Shown here: piece after piece, positions 26,561 through 39,296 of the stretch
How the letters are laid out: every line of letters starts with the position of its first letter
Position numbering within the stretch: position 1 is the first letter of the stretch
NCBI GenBank assembly: GCA_030141605.1
Contig: JAQGDQ010000050.1
Span: forward strand, 259,971 to 323,970
Length of the DNA stretch: 64,000 nucleotides
Origin: Tubiluchus corallicola
Lineage: Eukaryota; Animalia; Priapulida
Direction: 5' to 3'
Translations under genes and position numbers: made by a program
The notes under the pieces: generated by a model
The model's input: only the letters and a program-made list of their open reading frames with translations
Told to the model about the DNA's origin: nothing
Databases searched by the model: none

Positions 26561-27021
26561 TTAATTCAAAATGCTTATATACCGTTCAAAAGATAGAAAG
26601 ACCTACGTAACTCTGTGTATTCTGTGGTATTTCTTCTAAAAAATTAGGCACATAAACAGTATTGTTTAATATTATTTAATTTGTTCATTGTGTTGTTTTG
26701 AAATAGAATATTAGTTGATGTTATTATGCGTAGCTGCAGATATCGGCTTATTTCACAAAGATCATATGACTTTCCAGTGATTGTCAATTTCCTTGGCCTT
26801 TGCTTATTCAACATACCTGATTAATATAAAACAAAATTTCATTTACATCTAACATGAAATTCAACTAAGGATATTAAACTCATATGTTATGGTTTTGATA
26901 CGAAGTACAACTATGTAAGAATGAGCACAAGTTAAAAATTAGTGAATGAATGGGCTGATTTATAAGAAAAGTACACCTATGAATATGCGTACATGTAATT
27001 CTTGTATTTGTGCTACGCAAC

Positions 27022-27131
27022 ATACTTTAAAAGTGAATTAAAAAGGATTCATTAAAACAATTATTTTTTCCATTATGTTCCATTAAAAATAATTGTTTTA
27101 ATGAATCTTTTTTAATTCACTTTTAAAGTAT
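27022..27131. repeat. Near-perfect inverted repeat (arms about 46 bp, loop about 18 nt)
   Basis: atactttaaaagtgaattaaaaaggattcattaaaacaattatttt pairs with aaaataattgttttaatgaatcttttttaattcacttttaaagtat. Confidence 0.92.
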
Positions 27132-27522
27132 TTTCTGTATGTAAAATCACACATGCTTATCCAGCCACCCACTCCCCCAAAAAGCTCTTCTTGTTTGCAA
27201 TGTCTAAAACTGTAACCAGTCCCACTTTGAAAACTTAATAAAATAATATTTATAATTGTGTCTATCCCGTCAAGCGGAAATCGTAATAAAGCTTGTTACT
27301 CGTGCCTGCGTTTGTATAATTATAGCAGCACTAATTACTGATAGATTTTGAATTGATGTGATAGTTCGTATGCAATCCCCTGCACTAATTGATAAATTCT
27401 GAAACGAAGTGGTAATCCTTATCTATAATTCTATGGTCTTTATATTTTTCATATAGCTCGGCACTCCTTAAGTAGGTATTCAAGACTTAGGGTAGAATGG
27501 TAAGTGGTTGTGAGGCGATCTG

Positions 27523-27623
27523 ACTCTTACAATGGATAATTTTCTGAGATGAGACACTGAAGCAGCCGAGATGTCTTAGCCATGCACAACTTTATATATA
27601 TAAAGTTGTGCATATATATATAT

Positions 27624-27654
<31 letters not shown>

Positions 27655-27722
27655 GTTGTGCATGGCTAAGACATCTCGGCTGCTTCAGTGTTTCATCTCA
27701 GAAAATTATCCTTTGTAAGAGT
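27523..27722. repeat. Long inverted repeat (arms about 70 bp) around a (TA)n core
   Basis: actcttacaatggataattttctgagatgagacactgaagcagccgagatgtcttagccatgcacaacttta is mirrored at about 27651-27722 with 2 mismatches. Confidence 0.95.
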
Positions 27723-27774
27723 TATATATAATATACATATAATAAAATCTCTGTAATACTCATATAGTTTACAA

Positions 27775-28345
27775 AGTGCCGGGAATGGACGAAGTAATGC
27801 AAGCCGTCCATTTGGCGGCATAGTTATTTTTGTAGTAAAACTAGCAAGAAGTACACGTAACGAAAACCAATTTTAACCGAAGCTTGGCAATAAAGTTGAA
27901 AAATTTAGGCAGAAATGGAAGAGATGTTGTCCTAGCAAATGCTTATATGCCATGTGATGACGATTATGATGCCAGTTGCTCAGCACAGTCTGAAATGGTC
28001 ATAGCGGTAATTCAAAGTTTAATAAATAATTGTTGAGAGGCACAGAGTGTTTAAAAATGCACGTATAATATTATCACTGCATTATAAACGAATAAACTAT
28101 TACAAAATTATTAAATCTAGTAAATACAAAAGACTTGGATGGGATTCGAACCTTATTCAGGGCTCCTATACTTCTAATGAAATATTGGAAACTTATATAT
28201 GTATATTACATTATTATTATTACTTATATAATTATTACATTGCTCACGTGATTTGTGCAAGAAAACTCGGCAGTAGTATACATCAATTTAAATGTGATTA
28301 ATGCAGGTGATCATTTATCAGATCATTTGCCTGTAGCTTTACATT
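27775..28345 (+). mobile_element. Degraded LINE apurinic-type endonuclease domain
   Basis: Motifs appear in the expected order: GMDE..RPFGGIVIF (27782-27830), DVVLANAYMPCDD (about 27923-27962), DHLSDHLPVA (about 28309-28338). Interrupted by stops and an insert carrying a minus-strand B-box (ggttcgaatccc, about 28141-28152). Confidence 0.7.
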
Positions 28346-29868
28346 AAAATGTGATAAACGTGTCAACAGAGATCTCACTAGTTGTAGTAAAGAAAAACGC
28401 ATATGTTTTTACCACTGCCCTTATTGTGTCACTGTTCGAATAAAGAAAAAATGTTGTATTTTGTGAATGACTCAGATGTTCATTTAAAGGTTGTATTCTA
28501 TGCTTTAATTTTAATGTAAAACAAAAAGTTATTTGTATATCCTAGCTTTACTAGCTCTGTCAAATTAAAGCGGCATCCAGAAGTCGCTACTAGCGCATCT
28601 ATCCACCAACCAGATTCGGAATTTATTTAACTTCGCAGGGAAAGACACGACAAGTATTCAGCTCCCGACTATTCCTACGCAAATACATGCCTTCAGCGAA
28701 TCTCACATCAAAAAGTTCGATAACCGATGGGAATTGATATTAATTCGATAGAATCAAAACTTACAGGGTGTGTTTTTGTAACTGTATGTTTCACGCATGG
28801 TTTCTTAAACGTTTATCTAGTCACAGAGACTAACCATCAATTAGCCTACATGTCTTTGTTGGCTTGTTATTGTTCTTGTCCTTGATGAGCTGCATTTTTG
28901 TTGGTTAAAGCGTTACTGAATCGTGGTTTATTGGTGATACTTGTGATAGAACTCTGTTTGTCTGCAAACATTGTCTGAAAAGCTCATGCGCAACGTTTAA
29001 GATCGGGCCAGCTTCTAATAGAAATTCAATAATAAAATTCGTTGGCAGTAGTTGTCATCTGCTGTTAAGAAACAAAACCGAGTTATTAAGCCGATCGTAT
29101 CCCTTGTATTTCTGTCTAAGTTGTAATTATTTTGTAAAACTGTAAACATCTATTAACGAAATCTTGAACCAAAGCCAGGGCGATGGTAAATGCATTTCTT
29201 AATTTCTTAATGCATTTCCAAGAGCTTTACAAATTAGCTTATAGTCCTCGCTTGCGGCTTATCACTAGATGCCAAATTCAAGCTATTAGCGTTCCACCTC
29301 TCCTTTTAAACATGTGGTATTAGTTTCGGTTATTGTAAGAGCATATAAGTAAACTGACTCAACTAATAGCTTTAAACAAGCAAGATGGGTGTAACAGTTA
29401 CATAGCTACGGGGGTTTGGTTGAAAGTTTGGCGAGGAAGATGTGGGTCATTGTGTCCATTGTCTATAAGTAAAAGTGGGCCAGAAGTTGTGTTTGACAGT
29501 GTGTACTATACTGGTTGAGGCCTTACTTTTTGGCAAATGTTTAGCGAAGACAACCGCGCGATGTCCTCCTGTTGCTAATCAGCAAAGCAGTTTAAATTGA
29601 TCATGAATTGGTAGTTGTCTTTGGTGTTTTCAAGACAACAATGACCTTTATTGCACCTGTATAAAGTTATTATAAATTTTTCAATTTATTCAGTTTATCA
29701 AGAAACCACGAGATGCTATGCAAATCAATCATTATATAAAATCTCAGATAGGTGTCTTCATAATATTTTATTTTATAATCTTCAAGACTTTATTCTATAG
29801 GCTAATAACCTATGAACCTAGACAATACGATATCCTATATATATATATATATATATATGCATATATAG

Positions 29869-30012
29869 GATCGTAAGTCTTACAGGAGGTAAGATTTATA
29901 AAACCACAAATACTAGTATATTTAATGCACACTCACACACACACATAGATATGTATTAAACACATCAATATTTTTGGTTTTATAAATCAAAACTCCTGTA
30001 AGACTTACGATC
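29869..30012. repeat. Imperfect inverted repeat (arms about 60 bp) with a (CA)n core, next to a (TA)n palindrome
   Basis: gatcgtaagtcttacaggag...gatttataaaacca pairs with tggttttataaatc...ctcctgtaagacttacgatc. Confidence 0.9.
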
Positions 30013-30713
30013 TTGTCAACTAGTCACCTCACCGTTGACCAAATTAATTATCAATCGAACGGGTAGTATTGTAATTTCAAAATCTTCTGCTTCGAAACCA
30101 AGTTAGGCTAGTTTTTTCTAATGTCATTTACTTCATTGATGACTACCGAGCATTGAATTGAGCAATTATATTTAATATTTGTAGCCTTTTTCTATAATTG
30201 CAAAGTTACGTGTTACTACATGTGTCTTGGTAAATTAGACAAGTAAAATTTATAATAGAAATTGCCAATTTCCTCGTCGTCAATTGATAATCTTGGAATT
30301 AAGGTATAATTAACCTCCTTATTATCTACCTACTGTCAAGTTAGTGTTATTGTACGATGGTGAGCTAATGCCTTGTTGCTCCTTTGCTATTTTATTCGCT
30401 TTTAAGGAAGAATTAAGTTTCTAATGCGCTGTCGCTAATAGATAGCTGTCCATTAACTAATGTAGCAAATATGTAAGACTAATGACAATGTGCCTAGAGG
30501 TCTTACTCTATCTGCGCACTAAAAGCTGGCAACAAACAAAATTCTGTTGTTAGAAATTTCTGTTACAATTATTATGATAATGCATGAAGAAGTTATTATG
30601 ATAATGCAGCGTTTCCGTATCCCTCCAGATCAGATTGTGCTGGCAGTAGATTCGTTTCGGCAGATCCAAGGAAGGCCAACCAGACAACAACACCTTAACC
30701 ATTTCAAGAGAAG

Positions 30714-31709
30714 ATGAACAACATCCACATTAACACCACCTTGGGAAACTTTGATGATGAGGCAGATAATCGTACAGGCAGAGCAAATGGTTACCAAGAA
30801 AGAATGATTACAAACGTAATACTTATTACTCTTGCTGTGTGTACTTTGATGTTTAATAGCGTGGTTATTGTGGTAGTGACCAAGTTTAAGGAACTTCACA
30901 AGGCCACCAATATTCTTCTGGTTGGACTCGCAACAGTAGATTTTTTATATGGAGTTCTGATTTTCCTGGGTGGCGTTTCTTCAACTGAAGTGCTATCCTC
31001 AAAAGCTTACTGCGCCTTGAAATGGTTCATGGCTCCATTTACTCAGTGCAACAGTCAATACATCATTACTTGGGTGACCTTGGACAGATACATAGCCATA
31101 ACGAAACCAGGAGTTCATGGCTCCTGCATGACCAGCAACCGATGTTTGAAAATTCTACTGGGTTGCAGCTTGTGTGCGTTTATATTGGCTTCAACTAGTC
31201 TTCTTCAACTTTTGGCAAATTGGAATCAAGATCTTGGATGTATCTGGTACTATAAATGGTGTCCCATTACAATTGCTGTTCAATTTATTATATTGTCCCT
31301 GTTCAACGTGGCTGCTTATACTGCCATATTTCGTTTCGTTCGTCAACAGCATCGTCTAGTGGTCACTACCAATCGACGTAAGCGGATGCTGATTCAAGAA
31401 AAAATAGCAAGAACTGCGGCACTGATCATGGTCACTACGGTCATTTGTTACACTCCACACGCAGCAGGAACGATTCTATCGCTTACGAGTACAGGAAAAT
31501 ATAAATGGCTTCGATACCTTCGTCGGCTTGGTATGACACTGAATTCGTTTATCAACCCGCTCATTTACATGTTTCAATCAGAGAATTTCAAGGCGTGTCT
31601 CAAAAAAGCTGTTTTCCGGAATCGGATTGCGCCTACGTCAAACGCCATTACGACTGAAGGCCAAGAGAATGTACAAGTTCATCGCGTAACTGTGTCCACA
31701 CTGATGTAA
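30714..31709 (+). CDS. Class A (rhodopsin-like) orphan GPCR, intronless CDS, 331 aa
   Basis: TM1 FNSVVI, TM2 LATVD, TM3 Cys and VTLDRYIAI, TM5 YTAIF, TM6 CYTP, TM7 NSFINPLIY, helix 8 ENFK. N-glycosylation sequons NTT and NRT; in-frame stop upstream of the ATG. Confidence 0.95.
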   Translation: MNNIHINTTLGNFDDEADNRTGRANGYQERMITNVILITLAVCTLMFNSVVIVVVTKFKELHKATNILLVGLATVDFLYGVLIFLGGVSSTEVLSSKAYCALKWFMAPFTQCNSQYIITWVTLDRYIAITKPGVHGSCMTSNRCLKILLGCSLCAFILASTSLLQLLANWNQDLGCIWYYKWCPITIAVQFIILSLFNVAAYTAIFRFVRQQHRLVVTTNRRKRMLIQEKIARTAALIMVTTVICYTPHAAGTILSLTSTGKYKWLRYLRRLGMTLNSFINPLIYMFQSENFKACLKKAVFRNRIAPTSNAITTEGQENVQVHRVTVSTLM

Positions 31710-32117
31710 CTGCTGTATATCTAGTGTAAGGTTCATATGTTATTAGCGGCCAATTACAAAGTACAACTAGTTAAAGTATATTAAAATCTAAAGACATTTG
31801 TAAATGCATTTGTGTGTTATGTATAGAAACATTACCTCCAATATTTAGCAAGTGTGCCATTATCATTAACGTCTGTCAGTAAATTTATTTTCGCAGTTTT
31901 TGCAAAGGGAGCACAAAAAAGGAAAAAGACGCAATCCCAAAATGTTAGCAATATGTTGTCACCATAATTAAGTTTTAGCAGATGTGTGTATGTTCATACA
32001 TATAAAGTTGTTTGCAAATTTTTGAGAAAGTTTGTGCAAACCATCTGCGTCTTTGTGCAAAATAAATTATTTCAAATGAAAATATCGTTTCTTGAATTTA
32101 TAATAGTAATTATAATT

Positions 32118-32235
32118 ACGACGACGACGACAACGACGACGATAATGATGACGAATGAAGATGATGACAGTGTCGAATGATGATGATGATGAATGATGAT
32201 ACAATGATGACGACGACGACGACGATGATGATAAT
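32118..32235. repeat. (GAC/GAT)n microsatellite
   Basis: Directly visible. Confidence 0.9.
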
Positions 32236-33727
32236 GTTATATATCTGAATGGTTACGTCAACCTTAGATGTTAAACAATCATTGAAATAAAAATATTAAA
32301 CATTATATCATCACGCTACTTTTCTGACTCACAATGTGCAGTATCATCGTGCATGTTGTTAGTGAGCCTTGGGTGTAAAACGCGTCCACACCTTATCAGT
32401 AAATCAGTAAAATGTGCACGGTGACTGGTTGCGGTAACAAATTACGTGGCTTCTTTCTTCAGACATTCAACGTGAAAATTCAATGACTTGTAGTCGTAAC
32501 CTTACAAATTTTAAATTCCCGCGAAAACATCGCTATTAAAAACTGGCAACCAGGGTCTCAGTTTATCTGAATTTTTTTCTAGGTGGAAATACCTGATAAA
32601 AAAGCTTACATAGTTAGATAGAGAGTTTCATAAGCTTTCTAACCCGTAAAACACGATAAATTTAACAGCAGTTAACGCTAACAAGTGTGCATTAGATGGG
32701 ACACGGTGGCTGGTTGATAGAAAGCGAGTTTTGCTTATTGTTTCAACTACAGTTTATTTACTAACCGCCAGTGTTGTATTTTTGTACACAATACAGTCAA
32801 AAATTGTCCCTCCAAAATTGCAGTAAACGAATTGCCTAAATGAATGTTTTAAGAGCAGTAATTGCGCGTCAGTGCATAGGTGCGTACTATCACAAGACAG
32901 CATGCTATTAGCATGAAGATTATTACAAGTAAATTTATAAACTTGATTAATAAATGCACCGATAATTTGCAGATATATTTGAAGTAAATGTGTTAATTAT
33001 AATGCCTACACTTGCCGCAAAAACATGTTAGATGACCTGGTTAGCTGGTTACGGAAACCATAGTCGCGTATTTCCAATCACCATCTTAAGAAGAGCATTA
33101 CATCTTAATTATTAACAATTATTATTTATTGTCTTTTTATCTGATGACGTTCCTCGTTATTGCGTTCCTAAATTACGGTTACTATTTTCTAAAACTTCGG
33201 TTATTAATTATCAATGTCTCTTAAAATTGTCTTCCCACGATGCACTCGTTTTTAATTGTTTATCAGGTCCAATCGGGTATAAATTAAATAATTATTTTTT
33301 TCTAATAAATGTAACAAAATAAGGCAGCTGCACCCATGGGACACTTAGATAAACAAGTGCAAGAGTTCTGAGAATATTTCTTTTTTAACGGGGCTATAAG
33401 GTAGAAACATTCTTCATATTAATAATATGAATAATGAATGTTATAACCATCTAGGCTAGGATGCATTAAGCTCACGTAACGTGGTACTATTTGCGGCTGT
33501 CATAAGAGTAATGTTCAAGAGCGATTCATCAAGCACACTTACTATAGTCTTAAGACCAAGTTATTATTATGAGATAAGGAAGGGAACTTCATTTAAGACT
33601 TACACTGATCTCTAGCTGACACGAGGCCGAATTATATATATTATATAATCATGTGCATAGATCATACAAGTCGACCTTACTGCCTAGGGTTGTTTTTTTA
33701 CTTGAAATATGAAAAATATTTGTACCT

Positions 33728-33970
33728 AGTGGTATAGCTTAATGGTAGTGTATTTGCTTCCCACCCGGGATGCCGCGGTTTGAACTCCCAACCGAGTCAT
33801 ACCAAAGACTTAAAGAATGGTACCGCTGGTTCTTCGACCAAACAGGCGGGTTTATCGAAGTGTAACAAGGGGGGGGGGGTGATAATATTCCGGACTACCT
33901 TGGAAATAAGTATTGAATTGCTTAAAGTGTTATCCCCGAAATATGTCCTAAAATAAAAATTATTATTATT
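33728..33970 (+). mobile_element. tRNA-derived SINE with Meta-type central domain
   Basis: A-box tagcttaatggt (33735), B-box-like ggtttgaactcc (33777), then gtcataccaaagacttaaagaatggtacc, ending in aataaaat(tat)n. Confidence 0.75.
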
Positions 33971-36169
33971 TTATATAGATTCGGTGCCCAGAAATAGAAA
34001 AGCTAGACAGAGTTTGAATTGGTTTTCAAAAATGGAAGCAGACTGAAAGTTATTAATTCCCATTCCAATATATGTTGGCATAAAGCTGAATCTTCCTTAA
34101 GTTTCAGTCCTGACTGCATACTGATTGGTGATGGGGAAATCGAATTTTTAAAGGAAAGACCAAGTCTTCTAAGAAGTTATTCTTATTTCAATGTTCGGGA
34201 AAAATTTCAGCAGGATTTATTATTAAAAGTGAGATAAGCGCCTCGGTAAAATCACTTTAAAGTCACGATCTTTTCACGTTTAGATGCTCCCACTTTTAAG
34301 CGCCTATTCTTCAGCCAATAACGTCATTCACAGAATGAAGAAAGCTTGTTAATTTCAGGCAAACGTTTAGTAAGTTTTTACAAAAAGTTAGATAGCTAAT
34401 TTTGTGATATTTTTGCAAAACATTGGGTAAGTTGTAGAAGTCTTAATTTAAGCAAAGCGCGCTTACGAAAGGTCATGAAGTCCATCAGTTACGTCACAAT
34501 TTTCAAGTGAATGGCGGCTACCACCGTGCCTGAAAATTTGTATACAGTGGTATTATATACTAGCTTTATATTTTTATGGACAGTTTTTTCTGTACTATAT
34601 TTTTCTAAGTTTAAATGCTAACAGCAAAATAAACCCAACATGCTAAATGACTTGTCATTTCCTTTAAGATGGAAAATTTGCAGCATCTTATGATTGCATG
34701 TTGTGTAAATGCTCAAATTGGATTATCGTTCTTGTTCCCTTTTCTCTTGCTCCTATTTTGTGCTCCTACCCTAAGCAAAAACAGAAGCATCCCGCAAAAC
34801 AACTTAGTAATGCGGAAATAAATTTTAATTCACGAACTTGTAATGCATTAATAACAATCGAAATACTCTTTCACTGCTTAAAAAGCAAATATTCACTTGA
34901 AAATTAGTACGTCAGTGAAAGCGGTTTTAATTGAAGCCAGTTTTCATTTTCACTGATTTTGTTGCACTGCGTTTTGATTTCGTTACTGGAAACATGAGAT
35001 ATGCACAGCAAACTAATGGACCACTCAGTATACATATATAATCAAATGTTCTTTTTGCCTATATAATTATGATTGAAGCAGACCAGTGCTCAATATGAAG
35101 GTATCGCTTTATAACATGGAAATAATAGTTAATGACTGAAATTGGAGTAATTAACATTAGAACTGAATCACTAATGTGCTTGGATTCGGTAAATTTCACG
35201 TAAAACTTCGTATATCTTCGGTGCTTCCGGCGTGAATTCCGCTTTATAAATGAAATTCTCACCAGTGTTGCATAACCTACAAAACTCTGTCATTTACTCA
35301 TTACGAGCCAAACATTACGGACTCTAATTTTTGTGGAAAAACGGATCCAAGACAAGGTTAAAGTTGTTCTTAATGCGGCAGATCCCTAATTATTGTATAA
35401 TCTTAAATTTGAACTGAAAAATCATAACAGTGTAACAACGCGCGGGACTTGATCGAGTTGACGGGCATATGTGAGAGTGAAAAGTCCGTCTATTACAGTC
35501 TGTGCATCCATAGCATCTTCATTCAAAATTTTATCCTTCTTAGATGATAACTGTGGCCTATAATAGCTTTCAAAAATAAATGTGACAGCAGCAGCAGCAG
35601 CAGCAGCAACAACAACACCAAGAACACAACAACATTACCAAGGACTAAGGACCACGCACTTCGTGCCAGGTCATGTTTTAAATGAGCCAATTCTTTATCT
35701 ATTGATATTAAGTCTCACTCATGTTACAATACATCTATCTAGTCTAGATCTAGAATACTTGAAAGAATGAAAACATGAAATAATAAAGAAGAAAGCATTG
35801 CTATTAATGTCGGTTAGTCACGTTACAAAAAAGGACATAAGAAATTAATGGGCACCTTTGAATCAATAGTTTCCTAAAATGTAATACCATTCAAAGATAT
35901 TAACACCTCTTCGTCACTTCGAACTTTAAGGGCAATTTTCAACCCAAATATCTTTACTCATTATAACTTTGTCTGAAAATTAGACGCGAAAATCATGCTT
36001 AGTAACATTACGTCTTGTAACGTTACAGTTTGTCCAGTGATAACCATGACTTGTCAAGAGACAATGTAAATAAGAAGAAACATTGGAAAAGACATTTACT
36101 CATGTAGTTATATTTTAAAAAGGGGGAAATGCTTGTTTATTATGATTAATTAACAAAATTGATTCTTAA

Positions 36170-36523
36170 TCACCGTAATGAAGAAAATTTGAAATGCCCG
36201 CGATCGTCTTTAATGAAGATGACATCAAGGTTTAGCTTCTCATTCCTCTTTGTTATTTCACTAGAAGTAATCTCACCAACAGATATGTTCTTCATGGCAC
36301 TCGCAGCTTCTGCAAAGCTTTTTGCATCAGTTACTGTTTGTTTCCGTGCTCTCACCTTGTCCCACACAAAACGCTTAGCTGACCCATCGGTAATATCAAC
36401 AGGCCCCTTCCCGTGTGAAGTGGCAAAAAATTTCCACTCAATGTGTACCTTGTGAGCCTTCTCAAGTGATGCAATTGCTGCAGCAATGTATCGATTTTTG
36501 AACTGAGATGCTGATATCGACAC
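36170..36523 (-). mobile_element. DDE/D transposase relic, Sola2-like
   Basis: SQFKNRY...EWKFFATSHGKGPVD..GSAKR matches the Sola2-type catalytic segment as recalled. Truncated at both ends. Confidence 0.75.
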
Positions 36524-39172
36524 ATGTGTTACTTGGGTCAGGTAGGAAATCTAGGTGTGTTCTTTTTCAACACTTGGTATTTTTCAACCAGTATATAAGA
36601 AAAACTCACTCATATCATGGTTAGTAACATTACACATTTTGACTGCTAATATTTTGAACTTCTATCATGATTAGTGATACTTGTTTTCATATTTTAATTA
36701 GTCATTGCACACAGTAGCAAAATTTGAAATAATGTGATTTGTGGAGATTTTATATTCTAGCGAGGTAAAGAAATTCGCTTTTCGGCTAGTACCGTTACAT
36801 GGCTTGCAGAGGGTGGGAAAATGGAACTATGTTGGCAATTTCAAGACGTATCTGTCAATCTTACTAATATAAATCCATGAAGGCACTACACTGCCTACAT
36901 GAATTTCATGCTTCTAATTGGAATGCATTATTTATTTTGAGTAGACAGCTTCTTTACCATTATACAGACTTTGCCAATTAAATATAGCATGAAAGTACAC
37001 TCATTCAAAAGTGGTGAATTCAGTATCTCCATATACCCTGACAAATATTTTTCCCCGAAACTTCAATGTGTCTTTCACTAAGTCAAACACAAAAATTATG
37101 GGAAAAAATAAAACAATGAAATTTAGGGTCATGCCTCTCTAATTATGGAATTGTCCAAATTGAGGATTAATGAACGGTTTTTTAGCAGATGTTCAATTTC
37201 CTTGGACTTTAATGTTCAGTGATCAATTGTTTCACTTTCTCAAAACAAAATTTCCTGTCTTCAATTTGTCTGTTTATGTTTTTCGTCATGAGCCTCGACT
37301 CATTTGGATGTGGTTGTTGTTAGGGGAATACCATTTGAAAAAGCCAAAGGCTAAGTAAATTCACAGTGAATTGTCATGAAGCTTTACAGGGATACAGTAG
37401 GACAACTTCCGCATTTACTGACGGAGCAAGATTTCTGATCCCCAATCTTGAATTCAAGATAGCGGCGATAACACATTTTCGAAAAAGCTCAGGGGCCTTG
37501 CTTTAGGCACCGTCATTTTGAAACAGATCGTCTTGAAACTGTGAGCGAATATACTTGAACATATTTCACTTATATTATCAGAGTCAGATTTTTCATCTAC
37601 CATGCTGAGTTTAGTGAGTCCCTTGACCAATATCTGGAGTCGAACTTGTTTCCGAATTTATTGGGCTTTACAATACGAGCAAACACAATTAGCAATATCA
37701 CAAAACAGATAACATTGCTGGGAAAACAGTCTTGATTATTCCGGATTATTCAAACGTAAGTTTTGAAATGTAAATAAAAATATGTGTTCTTGCAATAGAG
37801 TTACGGGCTTTTTGTTATGTAATCTGGGACATTTTTAGAAACATGTCCGTAAGGTTCTGTTTTCAGTTTCTTGGTTTAACATTTGTTGCACTTGCCACTA
37901 AACTGAACTGTTCATTTTGTCAAACCGTAACTATTATTATTATATGCATATAGGATACAATTTGTCTGCCTGGGTGTCGCCTAGCAAGAAGACATTTTCC
38001 ATGAAATTTCTGTGAAATGGCCTAATTTCTCGAAGAAAGGAGTTTTTTGGCAAATAGAAGCACTACCCATGACTTACCCATCCTCTACAGCCCGTTTTAC
38101 AAGCTGTTTTTTCTTTTCTTTTATTGTCTAACCCCACTCCCTTTATTAAACATTAACCAGAGTCTTGAAACTTGCAAGATATGGAAACTATGGGAATCGT
38201 GGTGATAATAATTATGTGATAAACAGTGACCTTAAGTCAGAGATTTGAGGTCTCAGAGAATGGATTAGTTACTTGACTGCTCACCAAGTTCCTCCAAAGG
38301 CATTTGACTGGGCTGGAATTTATTGCATTTTTGGGTTGGCGTATTTTCAATAACAAGCAGGAAAGATCAAAGATAGAAGCAAAGATGCAAAACCGACGTA
38401 CCGAACTTTGATGACTTTTTGAATTTCGCTACTTTTATGTATTGACAATTGTATATGTGCCAAAGGGTAAAGAAGCGACAATAATGTGGCTGTTTTAACT
38501 GTGGGCAATAGGTCAAAGGGAACAGTGCGTAATATAGACATTCTCTGCTACGAAATTAAATATGTTGTGCAAAATACATTGTTCTGTTCCAGTCGCATTG
38601 CTACAGTTATCGTTTAAGTCACATTGCAAAAATCTTCAGTTTATGATTTTCCGTAATAATATTATATTTCTGACGTTAAGTTGAAAATACTTGGTGTAAG
38701 AGTTGCTTGACGTTTCTGTTTTTTTATTTCAGACAACATACATACAGAACCACAAAAGGGAAAAAACGCACCCAAAAGAAGGTAGGTTTCACTTTTTAAA
38801 ATTTTACTGACATACAGTTCGACAACGTTATAAAGAAATTTGCATTTCATTTCTTTTCTTTATTTTTTTTTTTAATTTCGTTTTCAAGCTTTATCTTCGA
38901 ATTTTGCTCTCTCTCTCTCTCATAATTATATGCGCTTGGCACAAAAACAGTCCAACGCTATCGAGAATGGCATTTCTTCGGTCTGTGGATGACTTATTGC
39001 AGAGTCAATCTGTTGCTTTGAAAAATACCGAGTATTGCAAATAATTATGTAAATGACGTACAGTTCAGTGACTGACAAGTATGTCTTTTTAAAGATAGTG
39101 TCTGATAAAGAAGCTATTGTGTCGAGATGTTTAGTTCTGACCTAGTCTTGTCAGTAAATCAACTTGCTAGTA

Positions 39173-39296
39173 ATGATGGATAAACGTTGCCTAGTAGTAA
39201 GTCTCTATAACCTACATAGGATTAGGCTACCATTTACTTGTAAAACATCTGATTATTACTGTAGAGTAGAAAACTGTAAGGCAGACTTTATTACAG
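39173..39296 (+). CDS. Candidate alternative first coding exon of the large + strand gene
   Basis: ATG-initiated 41-codon frame MMDKRCLVV...KADFIT-G ending at a strong donor CAG|gtaaga in phase 1, the same phase as the donors at 24706 and 63496. No homology support. Confidence 0.3.

Noticed and set aside
28639-28750. Possible phase-1 terminal exon (GKDTTSIQLPTIP...LIR*) for the 22391-24706 exon
   Set aside because: Weak polypyrimidine tract and no supporting motif; cannot be excluded without RNA data.
33728-33800. tRNA gene
   Set aside because: A and B boxes are present but no convincing cloverleaf; it continues into a SINE core. The same applies to 41386 and 48921.
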